From Thermoplasmata archaeon (GTDB lineage Archaea; Thermoplasmatota; DTKX01; JAHFTX01): a DNA stretch of 64,000 nt. The notes under the pieces are model-generated. The model had not been told where the DNA came from and searched no databases. It saw only the letters and a list, made by a program, of their open reading frames with translations. The stretch lies in assembly GCA_023265395.1 (NCBI GenBank), contig JAHFTX010000001.1, positions 65,897 through 129,896 on the forward strand, given 5' to 3'. Made by a program: the position numbers and the translations under genes. Shown in pieces: positions 21,184 through 29,952 of this stretch. Within the stretch, counting starts at the first letter, position 1, and every line of letters starts with the position of its first letter.

Positions 21184-22539
21184 ATGGTGAAGAAGAAGCT
21201 CCGGAGGGTCATTGCCGGGCCTGGACGGCCTCCCGTCGCCACCACCTCTCTCCCGAATCCCGTTCAGCCTGCCGCCCCGACGCCCGTCAAGCGGGTCGTC
21301 AAGAAGCTGGTCAAGAGGGTCAAGGCCCCTCTTCCGGAGGCTGATGACCGGACCTCGACTCCCACCGCACCCAGCCCGCCGACCCCGACTGTTGAGGAGG
21401 ACGAATCGAGCCTCGGGGGATTCGAGTTCGTCGACGAACCAGAGGAGGCAGCGGATGTGCTGGGGACGTCCCAGGCCGCACCTCAACCTCAACGGGCGGT
21501 ACCTGTCGCATTCTCCTCCAAACCGTCGTCGAAGGGACAGAGTATGCCTGCACTGAAGAGGGCCCCGCCGACCCCGCCATCCCCATCGACCAAGGGTAAG
21601 GGTGTGACGACCAGCAGCCCCCCGAGTACCATACGACCAGACCCGGCAGAGCATTCAGCCGATTCTGGCGTCGATCTTGAGGACTTGACCAGCTCCATCG
21701 GTGGTTCGGGAACATTGCTCGAGAAGCTCGGCGAAGGCCTCGATGCCATCCTGCAGGACGAACTTGAGAACCTCCAAGAGTCCCTCCTCTCCGAGGGGGA
21801 TGCTCTCGCGCCCTCCCAGACCACGCCAGAGCAACAAGGAGGGACTACGAGGACCAGGGCCTCCCCCCCCCCGCCTATCACTCCTGTGGACCCCCGCAGG
21901 GGTGCCCCCCGCGACATCGATGAGTCGGGTCCTGAATTGCGGCCAGCCAAGCCCGAACAGAAGGTCAAGGGGGAGAAGAAGAAGTCCGCCCCCAGACTCC
22001 TCGGACGGCAGCTGACGACCACCGAGGGCGACGTTCGGGAACGGCGGGTGATATCCAAGATCGCCAAGAACTTTGACCGATTACCCGCCAACATGCGGAA
22101 CGAGCTGATCAAGAACCTCTCGAAGGCCTCCGACCCCAAGGTCCGCGAGGATGTCGTCTACGCCATCGCCGCCTACTACGAGCAACTCCCCTTGGATCTA
22201 CAGGAACTCCTCGAGCGGCTGATGGAAGATCCAGAATCCCGCATCCGCGAAGAGGTTGTCTTCGAGACGGCCCGCAATTTCGACAGTCTCCCTGCCTCGC
22301 TCCGGGAGGGCATCTATCGTAAGGCAACGGTGGACTCGAGCGTCAATGTCCGGGAGATCGCCGTCTCGGTGCTCTCGAAGGATTACTCGGAGCTCCCCCC
22401 GGACCTCCAGAAGAGACTGTTCACGCTGGCGGAGGACTCAGAGCCCTCCGTGCGGGATGAGGTCCGTTTCGAGGTCAGCAAGCCCGACTCCGAGCTCCCA
22501 GCTTCTGTGCGGATGCAATTGCGCAAGACGCTCGGCTGA
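21184..22539 (+). CDS. Protein with long Pro/Ser/Thr-rich disordered N-terminus and C-terminal HEAT repeats
   Basis: Four repeats of about 38 aa (LP...L..D....VRE.V) at the C-terminus; GAGGTGA SD before ATG 21184. Confidence 0.75.
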   Translation: MVKKKLRRVIAGPGRPPVATTSLPNPVQPAAPTPVKRVVKKLVKRVKAPLPEADDRTSTPTAPSPPTPTVEEDESSLGGFEFVDEPEEAADVLGTSQAAPQPQRAVPVAFSSKPSSKGQSMPALKRAPPTPPSPSTKGKGVTTSSPPSTIRPDPAEHSADSGVDLEDLTSSIGGSGTLLEKLGEGLDAILQDELENLQESLLSEGDALAPSQTTPEQQGGTTRTRASPPPPITPVDPRRGAPRDIDESGPELRPAKPEQKVKGEKKKSAPRLLGRQLTTTEGDVRERRVISKIAKNFDRLPANMRNELIKNLSKASDPKVREDVVYAIAAYYEQLPLDLQELLERLMEDPESRIREEVVFETARNFDSLPASLREGIYRKATVDSSVNVREIAVSVLSKDYSELPPDLQKRLFTLAEDSEPSVRDEVRFEVSKPDSELPASVRMQLRKTLG

Positions 22540-22594
22540 TGCCGTGGATAATCGAACGGCACGGCCCCGACCCATTCTTGGAGGATTGGACCGT

Positions 22595-23368
22595 ATGGGA
22601 GAGGATCACCTTCTACTCTACTTCGTCGGAACGGCCGGCTCAGGCAAGACATCCCTGACAGCGGCCTTCCAGCGTTGGATGCAGCGGCAAGGTTACAACG
22701 TGACCTTGCTCAACCTCGATCCGGGTGTTGATGTCCTGCCGTACGAACCGGATATTGACATCCGTGATTGGGTCTCCTTGCCCCAGGTGATGGAGGAGTA
22801 TGACCTCGGACCCAACGGGGCCCAGGTGGTCGCTGCCGACCTTCTCGCCCTCAACATTGGCAAGGTCTCCGAAGTCCTCGAGGGGCTCTCGGAAGACTAC
22901 GTCCTGGTCGACACTCCGGGACAGATCGAGCTGTTCGCGTTCCGTGAGAGCAGCGAGCGCATCCTCGAGGCGCTAGGTGACCGCCACGCCCTCGCATTCT
23001 GCATCGACCCGATTCTCGCCCGGAAGGCCTCCAGCCTTGCGACCCAGCTTCTCCTCTCGCTGACGGTGCAGTTCCGATTGCAGGCACCTTCGTTCGACCT
23101 CCTGACCAAGGCGGATCTCCTCTCCGACGAGGAAGTCGCCCGGATCATCCAGTGGAGTGCGCAGCCCGAATCCTTCTATGACGCGATCGGGAACGACTCC
23201 TCCAACCCGCTCACCCCGCTCTCGCAGGGCATCCTGCGCACCCTCGAGTCGACTGCTGCAGGGTTCCATCTGACGCCGGTGAGCGCCACGCATGAGGACG
23301 GATTGGCCGACCTCTATTCCCAGATCCAGGCCATATTCTTTGGCGGCGAGGACCTCGAGCCGCGCTAG
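22595..23368 (+). CDS. GPN-loop GTPase
   Basis: GTAGSGKT, NLDPG, LGPNG, DTPGQIE and TKAD motifs. Confidence 0.93.
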   Translation: MGEDHLLLYFVGTAGSGKTSLTAAFQRWMQRQGYNVTLLNLDPGVDVLPYEPDIDIRDWVSLPQVMEEYDLGPNGAQVVAADLLALNIGKVSEVLEGLSEDYVLVDTPGQIELFAFRESSERILEALGDRHALAFCIDPILARKASSLATQLLLSLTVQFRLQAPSFDLLTKADLLSDEEVARIIQWSAQPESFYDAIGNDSSNPLTPLSQGILRTLESTAAGFHLTPVSATHEDGLADLYSQIQAIFFGGEDLEPR

Positions 23369-23380
23369 CGGACGCCGCCG

Positions 23381-26300
23381 CTACTCCTCTTCGACCACCG
23401 CGGCTTCTTCGGCCTCGTCTGGTTGGTCATCGGTTCCCTTCTGTTCACTGCCCGGACCCTTGGCTCCGCCCAAGGGGGTGCTCTTCGACCGCCGACGCAG
23501 CACGAGGAAGGCGATGGCAAAGACGGCAATCAAGGCACCGGCGGCGATCGCTGCAATCACTCCCAGGCCAAGGCCGCGTGGGGCGGGGGTCTCATGGGGC
23601 ACTGTCGTCGTCTTCTTGGTGATGTTAAGGGCAAGCTCCTTCGTGGAGCTCTGGCGATCATCATCGGAGACGGTCAGAAGCACCACGACGGGGCCAACCT
23701 CGTCGAAAACATGGCTGATCTTCGCGCCGACCTGGACGACCTCCTTCGTACCCCGGAATCGCCATTCGAACGTTAGGTCCTTGACCTTATCATCAGGATC
23801 GCTGGTAGGGACGGCATCGAACGTCACGAGCGTACCCTGGGGATAGCTCGTCTTGCTATTGCCTTGGTTGTCCTTCTGTATGAAGTCCGCGATTGGCGGC
23901 AGATTGTTGACGCGGACGATAAGGCTCGCCGGTTCGCTCTCGAACCTCTGAGATGCCAGGAAGTACCATACCTGGACGGTCACCTCATACTCTTGGTCGT
24001 TGGGGAACTTGTGACCAGGTGCGACTTGGGAAGACTCTGCAGTATCCCCGAAGGACCAGTGGTAGTTGGTGACCTGCACGTCGGGACTCTCGACGGTCGG
24101 CGTGAACTGGAAGAGGGTGGTAATGTTGCCGCTGGCGGGGGAGACCGCCAGCGCCACCGCGGGCACACGCGGGCGGACAACGATGTCCTGGCTGCTGCTG
24201 AGGGCTGATTCGGCGCCGTGCTCATCGCGCACCTTGAGGGTCGCGGCGAATCCTCCGAGATCGGGGATTGCGTAACGGTGAATCACGAAGCTCGTGTTGA
24301 CCCATCCGCTGTCAGTCCCATCACCAAAGTCGAAGAGGTATTGCGCCACCTGGCCGTCGACGTCGTCGTCGCGAGAGGCATTGCCGCTGAGGACGACGGC
24401 TTCGAGGACTTCGACCTCGTTGGCAGTGGCCGTCAGCAACGCGACTGGCTTTCGATTGACGCGGAATTCGCCGGAGATGATGTTGTTCGACTCGTTGCTC
24501 TCGTCGACGAGATCTGCCGGGTCGATCGTCAGTTCCCATGTATGGGTTCCGCTGACTACGTCGGCCCACTCGAACGAGACGGCGGCTGAGTTCCCAGCAG
24601 AGAGAGCGAGGGAAACGGTCGAGAGGTGAGTGGTATCCAAAGCGCTGGCGACTTGGATCCCCGAGAGAGCGGAATCCCCAAGATTCACGATGGTGCCGGT
24701 GACGAACACCTCAGAATCCCCCTGGGTGATCACCGCCGGCGAGACCGTAAGGGGGCCAAGGAAGGTCAGATCGGGAATCGGCGCCGGTGGCGAGACCGCG
24801 ATCTCCTTCGAGCCATTGTTGTTCGATTCATTGCTCTCCAGCACTAGGTTTGCAGGGTCCACGACACCCAAGAGGGTCTGGTTTCCCGTGTGGACGGTCA
24901 TCGAGCCGACATACGTCGCGCTCTTTTGCGCCTGCAGATCCTGAGGGAGGAAGCTGACCAAGACAGACCCGTTGTCGGCTTCGATCCGCGCCTCCACACT
25001 CGGGAGGGTCACGAAACCGGTGCTCTTGACCACCATGGAGACATCCAGACTGTCGCCGTCGACCAGGCCGGAGGTGGGGGTAACGGCGAGGGAGACCACC
25101 TCGAGGTCATTGGTGATCGCCGAGGCGGTGTCGTCACCGCGGGCTCCCTGCACAGCCTGGGCCAGCCAGCGGTCGGGGTCGAGCTGTACTTGGCTCGACA
25201 AGCCCACGGTGGGGAAGTCCAGCTCGGCATCGGCCGAACCATTCCACGCCATGGGCAGGAGCAGCCCTTGGGGGAGGACCAGGATATCGACCGGCATGGA
25301 TGCCAGCCCGGTGCGGTGGACTGAGACGTGGACGAATTCTGCGCCGGTGGAATCACGGTAGGCAGTGGCACCAGTGATGGAGAAGTCGAGGACCCTCGAG
25401 GTGGTAAAGAAGGTCGACCAGAACAGGTCGATGTCTTTCCCGGCGTTTGCCTTGAGCGCGTTCTCCAGATCGGCAATCGTGCCTTGGTCGCCGAGGGCCC
25501 CCTGGACGTATTGGGTGATGCCGGCGGAGATGCTGGTGTTCCCGACCAGGTATCGCAACATGTGAAGGTAGGCGACCACCCGCGCATTGTCGTTGTCGTC
25601 GTATGCATTGTCGGTGATGTTGATCAGCGAGGTGGGCGATGCTCCGCCCTGCAGGCTCAGTTGCGCCAACGAGATCCTGCTCGAGTCGTCTTTGACTGCT
25701 TCGAAATACCGAGCGACCACGTACGCATCCAACCCCCAATTGACCACGCTCGAGCCTCCTGCACCTGCAGGGGCGATTCCAAAGTAGAAGAACTGGATCG
25801 TGAACGCGGATACAAAGTCGACCGATTGGGGGTCGTCAATGGCCACTGCGTGGGGCAGGACGATCAAGTTGCGGAAGGCGATGATGCCATCGAAGGGCAA
25901 TGTTGGCACTTCGACAATGGTGAGATTCGCGCGATCGAAACTACCCAAGAACCCATCGAGGAACGCTGTGATGTTGCTCGCTTCGTCGAGCAAGCGTGTG
26001 CTGTTGGCCGCTGCTTCGGGACCGACCTTGCTCTGCAGGCTGACCCCCGCGGTCGTCTGCTGATCCTCGACCCATGTCCCTGCCGCGACACCTAGGTAGG
26101 GGACTTTCCCATCGAGGATGAAATCGAAACTCTCCCACGTACCATCCGAGGTTGCCTGGACGAACTCCCCGGCAGCCCACGCGTCCCATCCCGTGATGGT
26201 AGGGACCCGAACGGAGACGTTTCCTAGGTAGCGGTCGGGATATCGACCTTGTGGATTGTCAGGGAAGGTCCCCCAACGATCGCGACCATCCAAGAAAAGG

Positions 26301-26806
26301 CCATTGGGGCGGACATAGGAGGTACGATCGACCGTGACGTTGTAGTTGAGGTAGAGATGGACGACCTCTCCTGCAGTGTGGTTGGTCGTGAGGTTGATCT
26401 GGAGTTCTGGCGGGTTGGTGGTGTTATCCCAGTAGGCGCTCACGGGGCCCGAGTCGTCGAGGATGTTATTGATCGTGAAGTTCGAGTCGACATACTCGAA
26501 CGCAATGTCGATCCGACCGATGTCCGCACCCGTGACAGCGAGGGTGATGTTGGATTGGACGAGGAGAGAACCATTCGTGGGGAACGCCCAGAGCACAAGA
26601 TCGAGATTGAGGAAGTCTTCTGTCGCCAGGCCAGGAGGTGGTGGGACGACATCGGATGGTGGGGAGGATTGGACCCCGGCGGCTATCGCACCACTCGAAG
26701 TCTCGCCTACCCTGGTCGCAGGATTCGTCGAGGGTGAGCCGACCGAACTAGGGGCAATCGATGTGCACAGAAGGAGCAGTACGAGGGTCACCGAAAGGGC
26801 GCGCAT
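23381..26806 (-). CDS. Membrane-anchored surface protein: degenerate M1-aminopeptidase-like domain + 2 CARDB + PKD domains + C-terminal TM
   Basis: Signal peptide MRALSVTLVLLLLC; M1-like 'YLHMLRYLVG' and 'LDPDRWL'; CARDB 'VDPANLVLESNESNN' twice; PKD 'YLFDFGDG' and 'YHWSFGD'; TM followed by RRRSK. Confidence 0.8.
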   Translation of the reverse strand: MRALSVTLVLLLLCTSIAPSSVGSPSTNPATRVGETSSGAIAAGVQSSPPSDVVPPPPGLATEDFLNLDLVLWAFPTNGSLLVQSNITLAVTGADIGRIDIAFEYVDSNFTINNILDDSGPVSAYWDNTTNPPELQINLTTNHTAGEVVHLYLNYNVTVDRTSYVRPNGLFLDGRDRWGTFPDNPQGRYPDRYLGNVSVRVPTITGWDAWAAGEFVQATSDGTWESFDFILDGKVPYLGVAAGTWVEDQQTTAGVSLQSKVGPEAAANSTRLLDEASNITAFLDGFLGSFDRANLTIVEVPTLPFDGIIAFRNLIVLPHAVAIDDPQSVDFVSAFTIQFFYFGIAPAGAGGSSVVNWGLDAYVVARYFEAVKDDSSRISLAQLSLQGGASPTSLINITDNAYDDNDNARVVAYLHMLRYLVGNTSISAGITQYVQGALGDQGTIADLENALKANAGKDIDLFWSTFFTTSRVLDFSITGATAYRDSTGAEFVHVSVHRTGLASMPVDILVLPQGLLLPMAWNGSADAELDFPTVGLSSQVQLDPDRWLAQAVQGARGDDTASAITNDLEVVSLAVTPTSGLVDGDSLDVSMVVKSTGFVTLPSVEARIEADNGSVLVSFLPQDLQAQKSATYVGSMTVHTGNQTLLGVVDPANLVLESNESNNNGSKEIAVSPPAPIPDLTFLGPLTVSPAVITQGDSEVFVTGTIVNLGDSALSGIQVASALDTTHLSTVSLALSAGNSAAVSFEWADVVSGTHTWELTIDPADLVDESNESNNIISGEFRVNRKPVALLTATANEVEVLEAVVLSGNASRDDDVDGQVAQYLFDFGDGTDSGWVNTSFVIHRYAIPDLGGFAATLKVRDEHGAESALSSSQDIVVRPRVPAVALAVSPASGNITTLFQFTPTVESPDVQVTNYHWSFGDTAESSQVAPGHKFPNDQEYEVTVQVWYFLASQRFESEPASLIVRVNNLPPIADFIQKDNQGNSKTSYPQGTLVTFDAVPTSDPDDKVKDLTFEWRFRGTKEVVQVGAKISHVFDEVGPVVVLLTVSDDDRQSSTKELALNITKKTTTVPHETPAPRGLGLGVIAAIAAGALIAVFAIAFLVLRRRSKSTPLGGAKGPGSEQKGTDDQPDEAEEAAVVEEE

Positions 26807-27584
26807 GCGAAGAGCACACTCCAGTATCACAATCTCGCCGTGCCACGACCGCAGGCACGCGCGAGCAACTTGGGGTGCGTATATGAACCTTCTGCAATGC
26901 GTCATCGGTCGGTCCCACGCTGACTCCGTGAACCCCCGTCGACGGACGTGCGGGTCGACGGCGCCGCCCAGGTCGAGCCCTGTTTTCATCCTGGTGGGTT
27001 CCGTCACATCTTGGGCGATCCAGCCATGACGCAGGAACTTGAAGAGGTACGGCTCGGCGTCCTCGACGAAGACCATCGCCCAGCGCAGCGGCTACAGCTG
27101 CGGGGCCAGTTCCGCCGGAACAACTGCCGGGTCAGTCCCCTCATGCTATGGAGCACAGACGCGTTGAGGAAACGGTCGTGCCCGGGGGGGAACCTTCGTA
27201 TCAGCGGCCGGCGCTCAGCTTCGTGCCTATCGACTTGATGTAGCCCCATTTCATCGCGGCGAGGGATTGGTGGGCCCCGACGCCGGAGCTCAGGGCGAGG
27301 ATCCCGAGGATGGCCACCAGGTCGATCTCCCGCTTTCGCTTGATGGGCCACGGTGTTTCGGCGGTCTGACCGATTCCATCCGGCGGGAACAGGGCGTTCC
27401 GCGCCGCGAAGACATTGATCGTGGTGATGCTGGGAGACAGAGGAGATCGGCGTCATGGATTCTTTCGGGCCACGCGGACGCTCATGCACTGAACGTCGAC
27501 GCAGGGACAGAGCGTGGTCGAGGAGGCGCCGAGCCTGCCCAAGGTTTAAGCCCGGGAGCCCCGCAAGAGAGGATGGTGACTTCG

Positions 27585-27836
27585 ATGCCCAAGGACGAGG
27601 ATTTAGGGAAGGATTCGGTCAGAAGAAAGCTGGATTCTGCCAAGGAGGGGGTCGATAGGACGGTCGACGAAGCCGAGGTGATGATCCGCAACAAGGGCAA
27701 GGAGATCAAAGAATTCTTCAAGGACATCAGCGCTGTCCTGGAGGAGTGGAAGTTCTCGGTCGAGGAGACGGCTGAGGGCACGCGCATCGAGGTGCGCGCC
27801 GTCGCGCTGATCTCAACGGGCAAGAAGGGCCGATAG
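27585..27836 (+). CDS. Small hypothetical protein (WKFSxEE-GTRI family, copy 1)
   Basis: TTTAAG TATA-like element at 27545 and GGTGA SD; shares a motif with 29649-29846. Confidence 0.7.
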   Translation: MPKDEDLGKDSVRRKLDSAKEGVDRTVDEAEVMIRNKGKEIKEFFKDISAVLEEWKFSVEETAEGTRIEVRAVALISTGKKGR

Positions 27837-27841
27837 CGCGA

Positions 27842-28705
27842 TCACCGCCGCCGGAGGCCGTTGCGCAAGCGCTCGGCGATGAGGTCGGTCAGGTAGAAAT
27901 CTGGACGACGGCGAACCAGACCAAGGTATTCCGCACTCGTCTGCAGTCGACCCGGGTCGAAGTTCTTCGACGCGGCAGCGATGACGGCGTCGGACGACTG
28001 GTACTGCGCCATCGTGCACATGAGGCAGGCCAGGTCATAGGCCTCCCGTGCACGCACGGGGGCGCTCTCGCGGAATCGGGCGACGTCGAGGAGGAACACT
28101 TTGCCCGTGGGACCGACCATGATATTGTCGGACTTGAGGTCGCCATGCTGGACGCCGCCCCGATGCAGGGCAGCGAGCTGGCCGAAGGCACTCTCCATCA
28201 TCTGCGGTGTGACGGTGGTGCGCGAGAGAGGTGTACCCTCGATCCACTCGGTCACCAGCAGGACGCGCACACCATCGAGGGGGTGGAACCCCAGCGGCCG
28301 AGCCGTATTGAGCCCCAGCTTACGCATGCGCGCCAGGGTGTCTGATTGGTACTCTGCGACCTCCAGCGCGGAGGTTGGGACGTCGAACAGTGAGTCCTTG
28401 GCGTTCATCGTCAGGTACATGTTCTTGATGAATTGGGAGGCGACCACCGTCAGCAGGTCCGACGTCCCGACGATCTTCGCGAAGAGTGGGATCCGTCGTC
28501 CCCCATGGGTCCCGATGAGTTGGCAGGGGAGCGAGAAGCGCGAGGCACCACCTCCCAGGGGACGGATGCGCACGTTGGTGAGGCCGTAATGCTCGCGCAA
28601 GGTCTCGCGGATCCTCCGCAGCAGTTGACGCAGGTGAGCCTCAGGGGCCTGAGGGAGAGCGAGCGCATCACCTTCGGGGGACATGGCATCGTCCCAAGGG
28701 GTCAT
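27842..28705 (-). CDS. RIO/Bud32-like atypical protein kinase (or Kdo/APH-like kinase)
   Basis: LFAKIV (beta-3 Lys), LLVTEWIEG hinge, HGDLKSDNIMV catalytic loop, FLLDVA. Confidence 0.8.
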   Translation of the reverse strand: MTPWDDAMSPEGDALALPQAPEAHLRQLLRRIRETLREHYGLTNVRIRPLGGGASRFSLPCQLIGTHGGRRIPLFAKIVGTSDLLTVVASQFIKNMYLTMNAKDSLFDVPTSALEVAEYQSDTLARMRKLGLNTARPLGFHPLDGVRVLLVTEWIEGTPLSRTTVTPQMMESAFGQLAALHRGGVQHGDLKSDNIMVGPTGKVFLLDVARFRESAPVRAREAYDLACLMCTMAQYQSSDAVIAAASKNFDPGRLQTSAEYLGLVRRRPDFYLTDLIAERLRNGLRRR

Positions 28706-28768
28706 CGAGGGCTATCTACCCTCTGCCACGCAGGTCGTCCGATGGCGGACTGCCATGGTAGGGTCTGC

Positions 28769-29638
28769 TCAGTGCTTTCGGGTGCGTCGCCGCTGGAGGT
28801 AGGCGCGCAGCAACACCAGGATCAAGCGCCACCGATGGATCCGCAGACCGTTCTTGACGCCACGGCCGATCTCGATGACCGGACGACCTTGGTACGCAAG
28901 GACCACGCGCCAGATTGAGAGTTGTGGGAGTTCGAAGATCAGGCGGTTTGCATCCACCGTCACCGTCTTGTCGGCGATGGTCAGGTCCCAGTCGATGAGC
29001 CCTTCCTTCTCGATGTGGTAGCGGACACCATGGCGGAAGGTCGCGCGAAAGGCCGTGTAGGCGAGCATCTCGACGGTCGGGAGGTCGAGGGCACGGTTGA
29101 GTCTGCGACCACGGGGGGGTCGGTCATCGATCTCTCCCAGGGGACGAGGTGCCTCCTCCTGCACAGGCAGGGGCTTTCGCTTGACCGTGGGTGCCTTGCG
29201 ACGTCGCCTCGGAGGGCGCGAGGGGGACTTCTTCTGCGCGTCATGTGGTGGGGAGGGGCGGACCGGTGCACGTGGCGGGGCCAACTCCGAGGAATCTGGT
29301 TCGAGGAGCGGTGCCCCCTCCTTGTGATAGGCGGTGAGCACCCGCCGTTGCATCGGGTAGCGCCACTCCTGGGGCCAGAGGTCGAGTTCATCGTGTTCAG
29401 CTAGGTCGGAACCTGGCTCGTCGCCAGGCGAGGATCCCTCATCAATGCCCTGCGCTTCCCCGTCCCTCGCGGGATTACGATGAAACTCGTCGATCACCTC
29501 CGCCCCGGGGGGATCTGACCAGCTCTCGGCCCGGTCCGTGGGTGGGTCCTCGGAGAGGTGCTGGGCGGGTCCGGGCATGGCCTCCTGCGGAGGCTGCGCT
29601 GCCTCCGTCGGGGGCCGGCGGTCCTTGGCAGGTGGCAC
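28769..29638 (-). CDS. Hypothetical protein (disordered N-terminus, globular C-terminus)
   Basis: Co-oriented between the small paralogue and the kinase; C-terminal ~100 aa are beta-rich and globular. Confidence 0.6.
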   Translation of the reverse strand: MPPAKDRRPPTEAAQPPQEAMPGPAQHLSEDPPTDRAESWSDPPGAEVIDEFHRNPARDGEAQGIDEGSSPGDEPGSDLAEHDELDLWPQEWRYPMQRRVLTAYHKEGAPLLEPDSSELAPPRAPVRPSPPHDAQKKSPSRPPRRRRKAPTVKRKPLPVQEEAPRPLGEIDDRPPRGRRLNRALDLPTVEMLAYTAFRATFRHGVRYHIEKEGLIDWDLTIADKTVTVDANRLIFELPQLSIWRVVLAYQGRPVIEIGRGVKNGLRIHRWRLILVLLRAYLQRRRTRKH

Positions 29639-29648
29639 CTTCCCTCAC

Positions 29649-29846
29649 CTACTTCCGCAGGAGCACCTGGAACCGCGCGTAGATTCGCGTCCCCTCAGGG
29701 AACTCCTCCATCGAGAACTTCCAGTCCTCGACCTCGGCATCGAGACTCTCGAAGAGGGTATCCATCTCGTCGACGACCTTCTCGACGTTCTCCTTGTTGC
29801 CGCCGATCAGCTGGAGCACTGAGGCGATCTTCTCACGCTTTCCCAT
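29649..29846 (-). CDS. Small hypothetical protein (WKFSxEE-GTRI family, copy 2)
   Basis: Strong SD GGAGGGGAGG before ATG 29846; 65 aa. Confidence 0.72.
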   Translation of the reverse strand: MGKREKIASVLQLIGGNKENVEKVVDEMDTLFESLDAEVEDWKFSMEEFPEGTRIYARFQVLLRK

Positions 29847-29952
29847 AGTCCTCCCCTCCATGACCTTGGGCGCACCTGCGAGCGCAGGGCTCTGGTGCGA
29901 AGGAGGCTTAAGGGCATCCCCGCGGCGGGGGAGGCAGGTGAGATGGCCCTGC

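Noticed and set aside
26807-27076. Extra 90 aa at the N-terminus of the 1,231-aa ORF
   Set aside because: The signal peptide starts at MRALSVTL (26806), so the extension is unlikely to be translated as part of this protein.
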